Shown here: positions 27,104-40,800 of the stretch, piece after piece
Layout of the letters: each line of letters opens with the position of its first letter
Position numbering within the stretch: the first letter of the stretch is position 1
Notes under the pieces: generated by a model
What the model was told of the DNA's origin: nothing
Seen by the model: the letters and a program-made list of their open reading frames with translations, nothing else
Databases searched by the model: none
Translations under genes and position numbers: made by a program
Assembly (NCBI GenBank): GCA_043228905.1
Contig: JBHGNT010000006.1
Location: 13,764,001 to 13,828,000 of the forward strand
Direction: 5' to 3'
Source: Azolla caroliniana
Taxonomy: Eukaryota; Plantae; Polypodiophyta
DNA: 64,000 nucleotides

Positions 27104-28228
27104 ATGGAGTCCGTGAGCAAACAAGAATACATGCGTGTTCTTTCTGAGCTCGACATGCTCACGAATAAATTTGTGGCATTAGAGCATGAGAATCAAAGGC
27201 TACTTGGAGATCTACAGCACGTGAGCGCCGAAAAAGCCCAACAATATGAAGAGTTATCACAGCGGGTTCATCAACTTGAGGCGACTATATTGTCATTACG
27301 AGAGCAAGCGTCGGGGGCTCAGAACTCCCCTAGAGAGCCAAAGATCAGCCTCCCTGCCAAGTTTGATGGTACGAGGTCTTTATTTCGAGGCTTTTTGAAT
27401 CAAGTTCGTTTAGTTATTCAGCTACATCCCAATCGGTATCCAGCTGATGCTGCTCGTGTGGGATTAGTGGGAACTTTGCTATGCGGTACGGCGTTAGCAT
27501 GGTTCGCACCACTTCTCGAGAAGAAATCACCATTACTGGAGCATTTCGAGGCCTTTGTTAAAGAGTTTCAAGCTAGTTTCGGAGACACCGACAGCACTAG
27601 GACAGCGATAAACAAGATTCGAAGGCTCCGACAAGGAGATCGTCCCGCGTCGTCTTATGCAGCCGATTTCCGTCTCTTGGCATGCGATATCCCTTGGGAT
27701 GAGGCAGCTTTAATGGATCAATTCCGTCAAGGTTTGAGAAATGATGTCAAAGATCTTCTTCTTACTTTCCCTGAAGATCCGAAGTCACTTACAGAAGCCA
27801 TTAGTCGAGCTGTGCGATGTGATAATCGCCTATTTGAGCGACGTTCTGAGCGCCAACAAATGTTACGCCGCCAACCTGAACAGACTTACGCTTCCGTAGT
27901 CGCAACGCCTCCACAAGTTTCTAGACCCATTACAAGGGATGGCCCAACTCCGATGGAAATAGAGTCAACACAACGTCGTGGGCCGTTATCAGATGCTGAG
28001 AAGCAACGACGTCGAGCGCATCGCCTCTGCCTGTATTGTGGTGGTCCAGGACATATAGCTGTAAATTGTCCACATAAACCTAGGCGTCAAGTATACCAAG
28101 TAAGTGCCCATGAAAACCCTACATCGAGTTCTATTGTTACTTCTAATAACATAAATAAGCCTCATAGTCCATGTCATGAGAATAGATTCGATGTCTTGAG
28201 TCAATTAGAGGATGTGTTAAACGAGTAA
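27104..28228 (+). CDS. gag: C3 Gag, 374 aa, intact
   Basis: Open ORF with capsid region, GPTPMEIE and CLYCGGPGHIAVNC. Confidence 0.95.
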   Translation: MESVSKQEYMRVLSELDMLTNKFVALEHENQRLLGDLQHVSAEKAQQYEELSQRVHQLEATILSLREQASGAQNSPREPKISLPAKFDGTRSLFRGFLNQVRLVIQLHPNRYPADAARVGLVGTLLCGTALAWFAPLLEKKSPLLEHFEAFVKEFQASFGDTDSTRTAINKIRRLRQGDRPASSYAADFRLLACDIPWDEAALMDQFRQGLRNDVKDLLLTFPEDPKSLTEAISRAVRCDNRLFERRSERQQMLRRQPEQTYASVVATPPQVSRPITRDGPTPMEIESTQRRGPLSDAEKQRRRAHRLCLYCGGPGHIAVNCPHKPRRQVYQVSAHENPTSSSIVTSNNINKPHSPCHENRFDVLSQLEDVLNE

Positions 28229-28267
28229 GTCCGGCCAAAATAGGAGCCATTTGGCTGGACCATCCTA
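28216..28267 (+). promoter_or_regulatory. Putative -1 ribosomal frameshift signal (G TTA AAC, 6-nt spacer, 11-bp stem, possible pseudoknot)
   Basis: Conserved in C1 (8683-8689) and C2 (36212-36218, minus strand); pol is in the -1 frame relative to gag. Confidence 0.8.
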
Positions 28268-31200
28268 GCTATGTAGAGTTAGTTCCTAGTCGTGGTTCCA
28301 TTTCATCAAATCAAGTGAGTCGAGTTTTTTCAGCACAAGTCGAGCTTACCACATCTACATGTCATCGAGTCCTAGCCTCTGCCCTTCTAGATTCTGGAGC
28401 CAACTCTTGTTTCATGGATCGTGAATTTGCCTTGTCACAAAACATCCTCTTGAATAAGCTTCCCAACCCAGTAGCCGTAGGAGTCATCGATGGACGTCCC
28501 ATAGCATCAGGAGATATAGTCGAGGAGTCCGAGCCAATTAGGATAGTTCTTGGCAATTTGGCAAGCCTAATCTCTTTCAATATTATTCGTAGTCCGGACC
28601 ACCCAATAGTTCTAGGTCTCCCCTGGTTTGAACTCCATAACCCGAAGATTGATTGGATGAAAAGAACAATTGAGGAGACTCGGGAAAAAAGCACAAATCC
28701 CGCATCCCTCTCTCCTACATGTGCTAATAGATCCCCGGAGTTATCGCCCATCTCTTTACGACAGTTGCGGGAGGAAGGGGGGAACGAGGCCATGTTCGTC
28801 TTCGCAATAGTAGCAACTCCATCATCCACTTCACGTGACGCGGATATTAAACTACTAGAGATATACAAGGAGTTTTCAGATGTCTTTGATAAGGTGAAGG
28901 CCAATACATTGCCGGAGCATCGGCCATACGACTGCCCTATTGACTTACAACCAGGGAAAGAACCTCCATGGGGCCCAATTTATAATCTCTCCCCTGTAGA
29001 GCTAGAGACTTTGCGGGAATATATTGATGAGAATCTGGCAAACGGATTCATTCGGCATTCTAGATCCCCTGCTGGTGCACCTATCTTCTTCGTTAAGAAG
29101 AAGAATGGGACTCTTCGATTGGTCGTGGATTATCGAGGGCTAAACAAAGTGACTATCCGAAATAGATATGCTCTACCATTAATCCCGAATCTTTTGGAAC
29201 GTCTCAGTGGTGCAAAATATTTCACGAAGTTGGACCTTCGCGGAGCATATAATCTAGTTCGGATTCGCCCGGGGGATGAATGGAAGACAGCTTTCCGCAC
29301 TCGCTATGGACATTTTGAGTATACAGTGATGCCATTTGGTCTCACGAATGCACCTGCTGTTTTCCAACATATGGCGAACGATATTTTTCGAGATTTTCTT
29401 GATATCTTCACTATAGTTTACCTAGATGATATTTTAATCTACTCAAAGACCCAAGAGGAACATGATGCACATGTTTGTCAAGTACTGTGCCGACTCCGAG
29501 AATATGGTCTCTACACAAAATTAGAAAAGTGTAGTTTCGGCCAGAATCAAGTGGAATTTTTGGGGTATGTTGTATCGTCAAATGGTATTGCTATGGACCC
29601 CATGAAGGTACAGGCAATTTTAGAGTGGCAAACGCCCCTTTCAGTGCGTGATGTGCAATGTTTTCTCGGGTTTGCAAATTTTTATCGAAAATTTATTAAA
29701 GATTATTCCAAGGTTGTGCTTCCGCTTACTCAGCTCACACATAAAGATCAACCATTTATATGGAGTTCAGATGCATCCGAGGCATTCGAAAGCTTAAAAC
29801 GAGCATTTACAACGGCACCTATCTTAGCACATGTCGACCCAACAAAACGCTTCATCCTCGAAGCCGATGCATCCGATTTTGCACTAGGGAGTGTCCTCTC
29901 GCAAACTGGAGATGATGGACAACTACACCCTGTCGCCTTTCATTCACGAAAGTTTGAAGCTGCAGAGATCAACTACGAGATCCATGACAAAGAGCTTCTT
30001 GCAATCGTGGATTCGTTTCAACAATGGCGACATTTCCTAGAAGGTTCTTCTCAGCAGATCATTGTCTACAATGATCATAAGAACCTGACTTATTTCCAAA
30101 ATGCTCGAGTCTTGAGTCGGCGACAAGCCCGGTGGACGCAATTTTTGACTCACTTCGACTTTATCATCATATATCGCCCTGGGATGCAGCAAGGCAAAGC
30201 AGATGCTCTTTCTCGGCGCTCTTATATGGAACTTCGTCCAGGGGAACCTGCTTTTGAGCATCAAAAACAAATCCTTTTGGGTCCTAATCGATTACGATTA
30301 ATGGTAGTTAACGCCATAACAGCTCTTGAAAATTCCACTCTTCTTGATTCCATTCGAGATCATATAGCCACTGATGATTTCGTCAAGGATGTTTTGGATC
30401 ATATCGTCCCGGATCGTGCTTCTTGCTCACAGTCGAAAAATCCTCGTAATGACTATTGTCAGTTCTATTGGCATGATGGTTTTCTATTTCGACAAAATTT
30501 ATTGTATGTTCCTGATGGTCCCCCACGGCTACAAGTTTTGCAACATTGCCATGACTCACCAATGGCTGGCCATTTTGGAGTTCACAAGACTCTAGAATTA
30601 ATTTCTCGACGCTATTGGTGGCCTCGCCTTCGTCATTTTGTTGAGGAGTATGTTCGGAGTTGTGATATATGTTGTCGATCAAAGAATCCTCGTCACCGAC
30701 CCTATGGCTTACTACAACCACTTCCCATTCCGGAAACACCTTGGAAGTCTATATCCTTGGACTTCATTACTGATCTCCCAGTTTCAAAAGGTTTTGATGC
30801 AATTCTCACAGTGGTTGATCGATTTACCAAAATGGCACATTTCTTGCCAAGTACAAAGTCGATTACTAGTCAAGAGACGGCTGATCTCGTTATGCGGGAG
30901 GTATTTAAGCATCATGGTCTGCCAGATGATATTATTAGTGATCGTGGTCCACAATTCATCTCAAAGTTTTGGAAGCACCTGTTCAAACTTCTCCACATTT
31001 CAGTTAAGCTTTCTTCGGGCTATCATCCTGAAACAAATGGCCAAACAGAGCGTACCAACCAGACATTGGAACAATATCTTCGTTGTTTCATCAACTATCA
31101 ACAAGATGATTGGGTTGCATTTTTGCACTTGGCGGAATTCGCTTACAACAACTCAGCCCATTCTTCTACAGGATATTCCCCATTTTTCGCAAATACGGGC

Positions 31201-31866
31201 TGTCATCCTCGATGGACGATGAATGCGCATCCAGAAGTTCCTACCAACCCTGCTGCCGAGGATCGTCTTAGTCGCCTCCAAGAAATTCAAGCTAACATTC
31301 TCCACAATTTGCATGATGCTCAATTTACACACAAGAGGCTTGCCGATCGTCATCGTCTAGACTCCTCAAAAAAGTTTCGCATTGGGGATCATGTATGGCT
31401 TCTCCAACACAACATCAAGACCACTTGACCTTGCAGTAAATTGGATTACCAACGTTTTGGCCCTTACATGATCACTGGTAAGATAAGTGATGTTGCATTT
31501 CGTCTTGACCTCCCTCCGCACATGCATCTTCATCCGGTGTTTCATGTATCCCTTTTGGAACCTTATACTACAAGTTCAATTCCGGGCCGTCTTACGACAC
31601 CCCCACCACCTGTCGAGTTCTTGGACGGGCCTGAATTTGAAGTTGCTGCCGTTCTCGATTCTAAAATCGTGCACAACAAGTTGTATTACTTGGTCGATTG
31701 GTTAGGCTATACCCCCAATGATCGAACTTGGGAACCTGCCACAAATCTTTCCAATGCTGCAGAACTCGTCAATGCATTTCATCGCCAATATCCTTGTAAA
31801 CCAGGTCCTAATACAAACCCTACGACCCGTGAGACGTGTCGTCGAAGAAGGGGGATAGTGTCATAA
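28216..31866 (+). CDS. pol: C3 Pol (PR-RT-RH-IN-chromodomain) in the -1 frame; one premature TGA at 31426-31428
   Basis: LDSGA, YLDD, DASD, HHCC, DFITDLP, GPY, chromodomain YLVDWLGYTPNDRTWEP. Confidence 0.95.
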
Positions 31867-32687
31867 TAACAGTCACATCATGCATCGAAAGGATCATGAC
31901 ACTCACATTATGACTCGAAAGGATTTGAACCCACGACCTTGTTGTGCACATGTCAAATCCTTAACCATTGTATTAATATTCTTATATGTATAGTCTCTAG
32001 AATATGAAATCTAATATCATAGGAATATTCTATATTACTCTACATTCTAGAATGACCTAGAATATTCTAGAGTGTTCTATACCACTAGAACCTTCTAGAA
32101 TACTCTAGAGATCTTCTAGATTACTCTACACTCTAGGATAACCTAGAATATTCTAGAGAGTTCTCTATTACTTATAAATAGGGATCTACCACCCATCCCA
32201 AACTTAAATTGGTTCAACGCCATTTTGTAGCCTACTCTTTGTAATCCAATTTACGCTTCAATATAATAATTCTCTTTCAATTATCTCTCTATCTCTTTTT
32301 CTCTCTCTTTCTCTCTCTCAGTCTTGACAATAAGATTCCCGAGAGAGAGGAAGTGAGAAGAGGAGAGAGAGAGAAATAGGATGATGACAGCAACTCTTAT
32401 ATTATATGAAAGATAAGTACAAATCGGCTAAGAGGCTTAAGACTGGTGTTGAACCAATTTGGTTCAAAACAATGCCTTGTGCCTCCTTTTATAGTGTTTT
32501 TAGGAATAATCCTGAAGCTTCTAGAATGTTCCAGAGAGATCTGGAATATACATCAATTTTCTATGATAAAGCATAAATGAAAATAATATCCTACAAAATA
32601 CAATTCATAGTCTAATGGTAAGAGCTCGACCCATGTAGCATAAGGTCATGGGTTCGAGTCTTGTCATATCATGACACTATCTCCCCC

Positions 32688-35600
32688 TTAAAGACGACGA
32701 GTGGAACGAGTCGGCCCTAATTGCGGACCGGGTTTGTCCGGATACTTTCGGTGGAAATCAGCAAGAAGATCTTGTGCATTGGTACCATGCTCGACGGGTT
32801 CCCAAGTACGTTTGCTCAGACTATAACCGAGCCAATCGACCAAGTAATAAAGTTTGTTGCGAACAAGTTTGGAATCGAGGATGGCAACAACTTCATACTC
32901 CGGGCCGGTGTCCAACTCCAACGGGGGCGGCGGTGGTGTCACACGATCGGGAATGGTGTTTGCTTTAGAAGGCTCAAGAAGAGAAAAATGGAAAACCGGA
33001 TGTATCTGAAGCTGCGGAAGGTGACATCATTAATCTTCCCCGTAATACGGAAAGGACCGAGTCGTCGATAATCCAACTTGTCGCACGGTCGAGTAGTCTT
33101 GATGTGACGACGTAAGAGCCATACTCGATCTCCGATGGCAAAAGAGGAGGGAATCCGATGACGATCCGCATAAGTCTTTTGTGTGTGTTGAGCATGACGA
33201 AGGTGAGTAGAGAGATCCATCTGGATCTTGCGTAGCCTCTCCAAATGATCCTCGGCACGAGGGTTGGTAGGTAGCTCCAGAGTGTCGATCACCGACCAGC
33301 GAGGATGGAAACCGGAATAAGCGAAAAATGGGGAGACCCGAGTCGAGGAGTGAATAACATTATTATACGCAAACTCCGCAAAGTGGAGAATCTCGGCCCA
33401 ATCGTCCTATTGATAACTCAGGAAACACCGGAGATATTGCTCCAGCGTTTGGTTTGTTCGTTCCGCCTGTCCGTCGGTCTGAGGATGGTAGCCGGAGGAG
33501 AGGTTGCAGGAGACCTTGAGCATCTTGAAGAGATGCTACCAAAATTTAAGGAGACAAATTGCGGGCCTTGGTCACTGATAATACTGTCTGGGAGGCCATG
33601 ATGCCGAAATACCTCACGCATAACAAGAGCAGCGGTTTCCTCGCTAGTGATGGCTTTAGTACATGGCACAAAATGTGCCATCTTCGTATATCGATCGATG
33701 ACGGTTAGGATAGCATCGAACCCCTTCGAGACCGGCAGATTTGTGATAAAATCAAGACAAATAGACTGCCATGGCTTACTTGGAATCGGTAAAGGTTCCA
33801 ACAAGCCATATGGATGATGTCGTGGCATCTTTGCTCGGCAGCAAGCATCACAGGTCCGAACATAGTCGTCGACAAAACGGTGCATGTGGGGCCACCAAAA
33901 AGATCGTTGCACTAGCTCCAACGTCTTAGTACTACCGAAATGTCCCGCCGTATGGGTGTCATGACAATGTTGGACGATTTGAAGGCGACAGGAGCAATCG
34001 GGGACATATACACGCTTTTTAAAGAATAACAAACCATCATGATATTCGAATTGTCGGTAGTCAATACCTGGTTGTTGAGACTAAGAACAGGATGCCCGAG
34101 AAGTATCAATGTGCGCCAGGATGTCTTGAGCAAAACTATCTGTCTTCAAGGTTGCACGTATGTCATCGGTAATCCGTGAATCCATCGGGGTGTGAAAAAT
34201 CCGCGTCGTGTGCAATCGTGTTGGTCCCAAGATTACTTGCTTTTGATTATCAAATGTTGCGTCACCAGGACGAGGTGCAAGATATGAACGCCGTGATAGT
34301 GCATCTGCTTTTCCTTGCTGCTTCCCCGATCGATATGTGATTTTGAAGTCGAAACGCGTGAGGAATTGCACTCACCGAGCTTGCCGTCGATTTAGTACGC
34401 GAGCGTTCTGAAAATAAGCAAGATTTTTATGATCGCTAAAGACAATGACCTGATGTGGAGAGCCCTCTAAGCAATGCCGCCATTGTACAAATGAATCCAC
34501 GATGGCTAATAACTCCTTGTCATGTATTTCGTAGTTGATTTCTGCGACATCGAATTTGCGCGAATGGAAAGCCACCGGATGCAACTCTTCTTTATCGCCT
34601 TGTTGAGAAAGGATGCTACCGAGGGCGAAATCTGATGCGTCGGCCTCCATGATGTAAAGGCTTTCTTAAGATGCCGAAAAGCCATATCTGCTTCTATGGA
34701 CCAAAGAAATTCTTGGCCCTTCTTCGTAAGTTGTGTGAGAGGTAAAATAATCTTCGAGTAATCCTGTATAAACTTACGGTAGAAGTTAGCAAAACCTAGA
34801 AAACATTGTACATCTCGTACCGACCGTGGAATTTGCCACTCTAGTACAGTTTCGATTTTAGCTAGATCCATGGCGATGCCCTTTGAGGAGATGACGTATC
34901 CTAGAAATTCCACTTGCTTGCAGTCAAAGCTACATTTTTCTAGCTTAGCATAAAGACCATTCTCGCGGAGTCGTTTTAGTACTAATAGTACATGAGAATC
35001 GTGCTCTTCCTGGGTCTTCGAATAAATCAACAGATCATCCAGATAAATGATCAAACAGATATCCAAGAGGTCTCTGAATATATCATTTGCCATGTGTTGG
35101 AAGACTGCGGGTGCATTGGTTAGGCCAAACGGCATAACAATATACTCGAAATGCCCATACCGCGTGCGAAAGGCGGTCTTCCACTCATCTCCTCGTAGGT
35201 CGATTATACGCACGAGATTATACGCTCCTCGTAGGTCGATTTTAGTAAAAAACTTGGCACCATTAACTCGCTCTAAAAGACTTGATATAAGAGGAAGTGC
35301 ATACCTATTCCGGATGGTGACTTTATTCAATCCGCGATAATCAACGACAAGACGAAGTGAGCCATCTTTCTTCTTGACAAAGAAGATGGGTGCACCGGCC
35401 GGAGATTTCGAATGGCGGATGAACCCGCTTGTCAAGTTCTCCTCTATGTAGGCTCAAAGGACTTCTAACTTGGTGGGTGACAAGTTGTAAATTGGTCCCC
35501 ATGGTGGCTCGGTTCCTGGTTGTAAATCGATGGGACAGTCATAGGGACGGTGATGAGGAAGCGTACCGGCTTTTACCTTGTCAAATACATCAGCATAAGG

Positions 35601-37363
35601 ATGATATTTTGCTGGAAGTTGTACTGAGGAGTCTTTCTTAATAGTGCTAGAAGGATGTACTGATATTGCAAATAGGAACATTTCCTCCTTGGTTCCTTCT
35701 TCGCGTAGTTGATGGAGTGAAATGGTCGAAACTTGGTGAGTTGATTCTTGGGGTGGTCGATATCGGACTTCTCTTGTTCTCCAATCTATTGCTGGATTAT
35801 GTAATTCAAACCAAGGTAATCCTAGGACAATGGGATGCTCTGGACTACTAATTATATTAAATGATATTACACACACAAAACTACCTAGGACAACTTGAAT
35901 GGGTTCTGATTCTTCTATAATATTCCCGGAAGCAATGGGACGACCATCAATGACTACTACAGATGCGGGACGAGGAAGTTTTCTTAAGGATATCTGAGAA
36001 GCTTGGGCAAAAGTTCGATCCATGAAACAGGAATTAGCTCCGGAATCTAAAAGTGTTAGGACGGGTACTGGGGGAGTACTTTTAGTACTAACAAGGACTT
36101 GGGCTAGGAACACATTGCTAACTTGCTTGGAAGGAATGGAACCACTAATGGGCTGTACAGATCTAGGGCTGTTGTCCAACCAAACGGCTCCTATTTTGGC
36201 TGGACTCAATCGTTTAACTCTTCATCTAATTGACTAAGGATGTCAAATTTATTTGAGCTACTTGGGCTATTAGTACTATGAATACTATCAAACACTCTAT
36301 TAGTACTATTAATACTATCAGACACTCCTAAGGGAAGAATTGACTCGGGTTTAGTACAGGCTACAATTTGATTTACCTGTCTTCTTGGCCTATGGGGACA
36401 ATTGATTGCGATATGCCCTGGTTCACCGCAATAAAGACATAATCGATTTGCACGTCGTCGTTGCTTTTCTTCTTCCGATAACGGGCCGCGTCGACGCATG
36501 GTATCGATCTCCATCGGTGTCGAAGTATTTGCTTGAGGAATATCTCGTGCAAATGGTCTAGCCGCGACTGCGGCGTAAGTGGGGTCCGGCCTAGGGCGTG
36601 GTATCTGTAATTGACGTTCCGAACGCCGTTCGAAGAGGCGGTTGTCACATCGGACCGCTCGACTGATTGCCTCCGTAAGAGACTTTGGTTCTTCGGGGAA
36701 GGTTAGAAGTAGATCTTTGACATCATTTCGCAGGCCATAGCGAAACTGCTCCATTAGTGCTTGATCATCCCAGGGTATGTCGGAAGCGAGTAGGCGGAAA
36801 TCCGCCCCATAGGCAGAGGCTGGACGATCGCCTTGACGCAATTGCCAGATCTTGTTGATCGCCGTCCTGATGTTGTCGGTGTCTTCAAAGCAGGCTTTGA
36901 ACTCACTAATAAAATTTTCAAAGTTATTAAGCAAGGGCGCTTGTTTTTCTAGAAGCGGAGCGAACCATGCTAAGGCTGAGCCACTAAGCAACGTGCCTAT
37001 TAAGCCGACTCGGGATGCATCAGTGGGGTATCAGGAAGGATGCATTTGGAGGACTAATCGTACTTGATTAAGGAATCCCCTGAATTGCGATCGCGTTCCA
37101 TCAAATTTCGCAGGAAGTCCAATCTTCGGCTCTTTATGAAATCCTTGGGGACTTGATCCTTGTTGTTGCAATGCCGGTTCGAGTTGTTGCACGCGTAACG
37201 CTAACTCCCCATGTTGTTGCTGCGTTTGTTGCTTTTCTAGAGCAATTTGTTGCAGATCCCCTATCAGCCGTTGGTTTTCTTGTTCCAGGGCAACAAACTT
37301 TTCTTTTAGGCACTGTAACTCGGAGAAAACGGATTGATATTCTTGGGCGCTAACAGTAGCCAT
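32688..37363 (-). pseudogene. C2 gag-pol with chromodomain (disrupted)
   Basis: ORFs 37438-37031, 36991-36206, 36209-35454, 35435-34506 and onward; chromodomain at 32942-32688. Confidence 0.93.
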
Positions 37364-37884
37364 AGTAGGGGGAAAAGGATAGGAGGATGAGGGAGAACGA
37401 CAAGTAGGCTGGAGGAAAGAGGAAAAAAATTGGTTCAAACTGTTAGGAATAGTACTAAAGCAGAGATGGAATTAGTACTAAGAAGAGTAGTACTATTAGT
37501 ACTAAGAGGACGGGACTGCGTAAGATTCCCGAGAGAGAGGAAGTGAGAAGAGGAGAGAGACAGAAATAGGATGATGACAACAACTCTTATATTATATGAA
37601 AGATAAGTACAAATCGGCTAAGAGGCTTAAGCCTGGTGTTGAACCAATTTGGTTCAAAACAATGCCTTGTGCCTCCTTTTATAGTGTTTTTAGGAATAAT
37701 CCTGAAGCTTCTAGAATGTTCCAGAGAGATCTGGAATATACATCAATTTTCTATGATAAAGCATAAATGAAAATAATATCCTACAAATTACAATTCATAG
37801 TCTAATGGTAAGAGCTCGACCCATGTAGCATAAGGTCATGGGTTCGAGTCTTGCCATATCATGACATTAACCAACATTAGTAGC

Positions 37885-40800
37885 CAGGAGAGGAGGTGGG
37901 CGGAGAGACGACTTAGGGTGTGTGGAGTCCTCTCCCCCCACGAAGAAAGGTGGTCAGTGAAGGCCTTAGCAAAGACCGGACCGTTCTGGTTAGCTCGATG
38001 GGAATGTACGAAGTCATCGCGGACTTCGAGGAGAGGATTAGGTCGGATCGAACGGCCCGCGTAGATACGAAGTATAAGACTGTGGACCGGAAGGTGAGGC
38101 CAGTTGCGGCACCCTTGCCGGAGGGCAACGGAGAGCGGATAAAAGGGGTCACGTCGAACCCAAGTTTACGGAATCCAACCGACATAGGGCACCGGTTCAC
38201 CGACATAATGCTACGGGAGCTCAAGGTTGGTGGGGGTTGCTTTCTATTAATGGAGGAGGAGGACCGGTTTCGGAGGATGCTCGGAAGGCATGGGTAGGCC
38301 TTCGCATTCTCGCCGGAGGAGATCAGGTGTGTAGACCCGATAATCGTCGAGCCAATGGTGATCTTCACGGTACCACATGTGCCGTGAAATCTCAAACCGA
38401 TTCTGGTACCCAGAGCTCATATCCCAAACATGATGGAGCTGCTAAAACAGAATGTGGAGATGGGCATCTTTGAACCGTCGAGTGCCCCATATTCGAATCG
38501 GTGGTTTACCGTGCCGAAGAAGAACGGCACACTACACTTCATACAAAACCTGTAGCCGGTCAACAAGGTGACCATTCGAAACGCAGGTATCGGACCGACC
38601 ATTGATGAGTTCGCAGAGGCCTTCGCGGGGAGGTTGATCTACTCGGTCGGGGATCTGTTCTCAGGGTACGATCAGTTTCAACTAGCCGTAGAGAGCAGGG
38701 ACATCACGACAATGCGGACTCTTCTCGGCTTGGTGTGGATGTGTACCCTACTGCAAGGAGGAACGAATTCGGTGGCGCACATGGTGAACGGAAAGAACAA
38801 GGTGTTGAGGGACTGCATCCTGGACATCACTGTCGTTCCTAGACGACGTACCGATAAAAGGGTGTTTGGTGGTTGATGCAGACGAAACGGTCGGGCCGGA
38901 CGAATGCCAGAGGTTCATTGTGAACCACATCAATGACTGCGATAAGGTGTTGCAGAGGCTCGAGAGCGCGCGGCTCACCTTCTCCGGAGAGAAATCAACA
39001 TTCGGGCAGACAGAGATCCTGGTAGTCAGACACCTGTGCGGGCCCTATGGCCGGAAACCGTCCCCGGTGAAGGTAGAAGCCATCTTAGTGATGAAGGAAG
39101 ATTGTGGGTCTGTTACGGAGGTCCGTAGATTCTTGGGTGCGTGCGCGTTCTACCACATCTGGGTTTTGCACTACGTGCATGTTGTGGAACCCCTCTCGGT
39201 CCGGAGACGAAGGAGGCGCTCATCGTGGCACCGGCTCTCCGGAAAGCGGTTTACGGCAAGGAAGTTCCCATCTACGTGACAGTGGACACGAACCCGACCG
39301 AGATCGAGTCGGTGTCCAGTCAGGAGGACAAGGATGGCGTACGGTTCCCGATCCGGTTCGGGGCAAAGGTATTGAGCGAGCTTTAACGAGGATACACCCA
39401 AGTTAAGCGCGAGCTATGGGGTATCGTTTCGGCAGTTAAGGCCGACAAAGACTATCTGATCGGGACGGAAGTAATCATTGAGACGGATTGCCTACCGATT
39501 CTCGGTATGGTTTCCGGATGCACGACGCTGGACTTGGCAATGCTCTGGTGGATAGCGTACGTCAAGCCCCTGAATCCGAAAATGCGACACATTTCCGGAA
39601 AGGACAACGCCATGGTCAACATGCTTTCGAGGGCACGGTTCAGCGAAGAGGACGACATGGTTTTAGAAGACGAAGAAGTCGGCGAGGACTTCTTCGGATC
39701 AGTTGGCATGACAACTGGGACAAGGAGCAATCCGACGCTTTACGAGTTCTACGAGAGTGAATACGATGGAGAGTGGCTCCGGATCGGTAGGTTCCTACTG
39801 ACGATGACATCGGACGTGGCGTGGACGAGAGAAGAGGCCTGCCAGGTGCGGAAGAAGGTGTACCGGTTCTTCCTACGGGAAGGGCGCATATGGAAGCACC
39901 TAAAGAAGCGAAGTGGCACCCCACTCCACGTAGTGGCGAGGGAGGACGAGCAGAAAGCGTTACTTATGGTGTACCACGAGATTCCTTGGGCCGGACACCG
40001 CGGGACATGGGCCACATTCGAGAAGCTGAAGGGGAAGTACTGGTGGCCGGGACTATACCGGGACATGCATCGGTTCGTAATGACTTGCGAAAGGTATCAG
40101 ATGCACTCCATAGTCCGACATCAAGACGAGCTTCGCCCAACCTACCCGCCGACTTTCCACTTCATGTGGATGGTGGATCTGGTGACGATGTCGATGGGGG
40201 TAGGGCAGATGCGATATCTGGTGCTCGCTCGGGAGGACCTAACGAACCAGGTGGAAGGCTGAGCGTTGCAGAACAAAACGATCGCGGCCATGTGTCGGTT
40301 TCTAATCGAAGATGTGGTATGCCGGTACGGGTGCGTCAGCAAGATCGTGGCCGACTGCGGAGAACTAGACGTCCAAGAGGCTGAAGAGTTGTTTGACTGG
40401 CTAGGGGTTAAACTCTCGCTCACCACGGTGTACAATCCGGAGGCTAACGGGAAGGTGGAACGAGGACACGGGCCGATCGTCAAAGCGTTAGTATGAGCGT
40501 GTGGAGACCAAGTCGAGAACTGGCCGCGGCTCCTACCCTATGCGTTGTGGGCGGACCGGACTACGCATAGTTCGATAACGGGGTTCATGCTGGCAGAACT
40601 AATGTACGGGCAGATGCCGATCATGCCGGTGGAACAGACGATTTCTTCGTGGGCCGCTGTGGGCTAGAAGGACGAAATGAGCCAGGAAGAGTTGTTGGCG
40701 GTGTGGATCCGGCAACTTGAGCGGAGGCCGGAGGACGTGGAACGGGCGAAGGAGAAGCTGTGCGCGGCAAGGGAACGAAACAAAACCCGGTTCGACCGGA

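Larger units (their letters stand above)
26545..32329 (+). mobile_element. Chromovirus C3 (Tcn1/Tf1-like), near-intact and young, TSD ATAAG
   Basis: 471-bp LTRs at 26545-27015 and 31859-32329 with about 3 differences; ATAAG at 26540-26544 and 32330-32334; PPT GAAGAAGGGGGA at 31844-31856. Confidence 0.97.
26461..37866 (-). mobile_element. Chromovirus C2, full length, TSD TTAAC; 3' LTR split by C3
   Basis: 5' LTR 37441-37866; 3' LTR 26461-26544 plus 32335-32676; TTAAC at 26456-26460 and 37867-37871; PPT ~32678-32690. Confidence 0.93.

Noticed and set aside
31426-31428. Possible programmed readthrough before the C3 chromodomain
   Set aside because: C1 and C2 have Arg (TTRP) at this position, so a CGA-to-TGA mutation is simpler.
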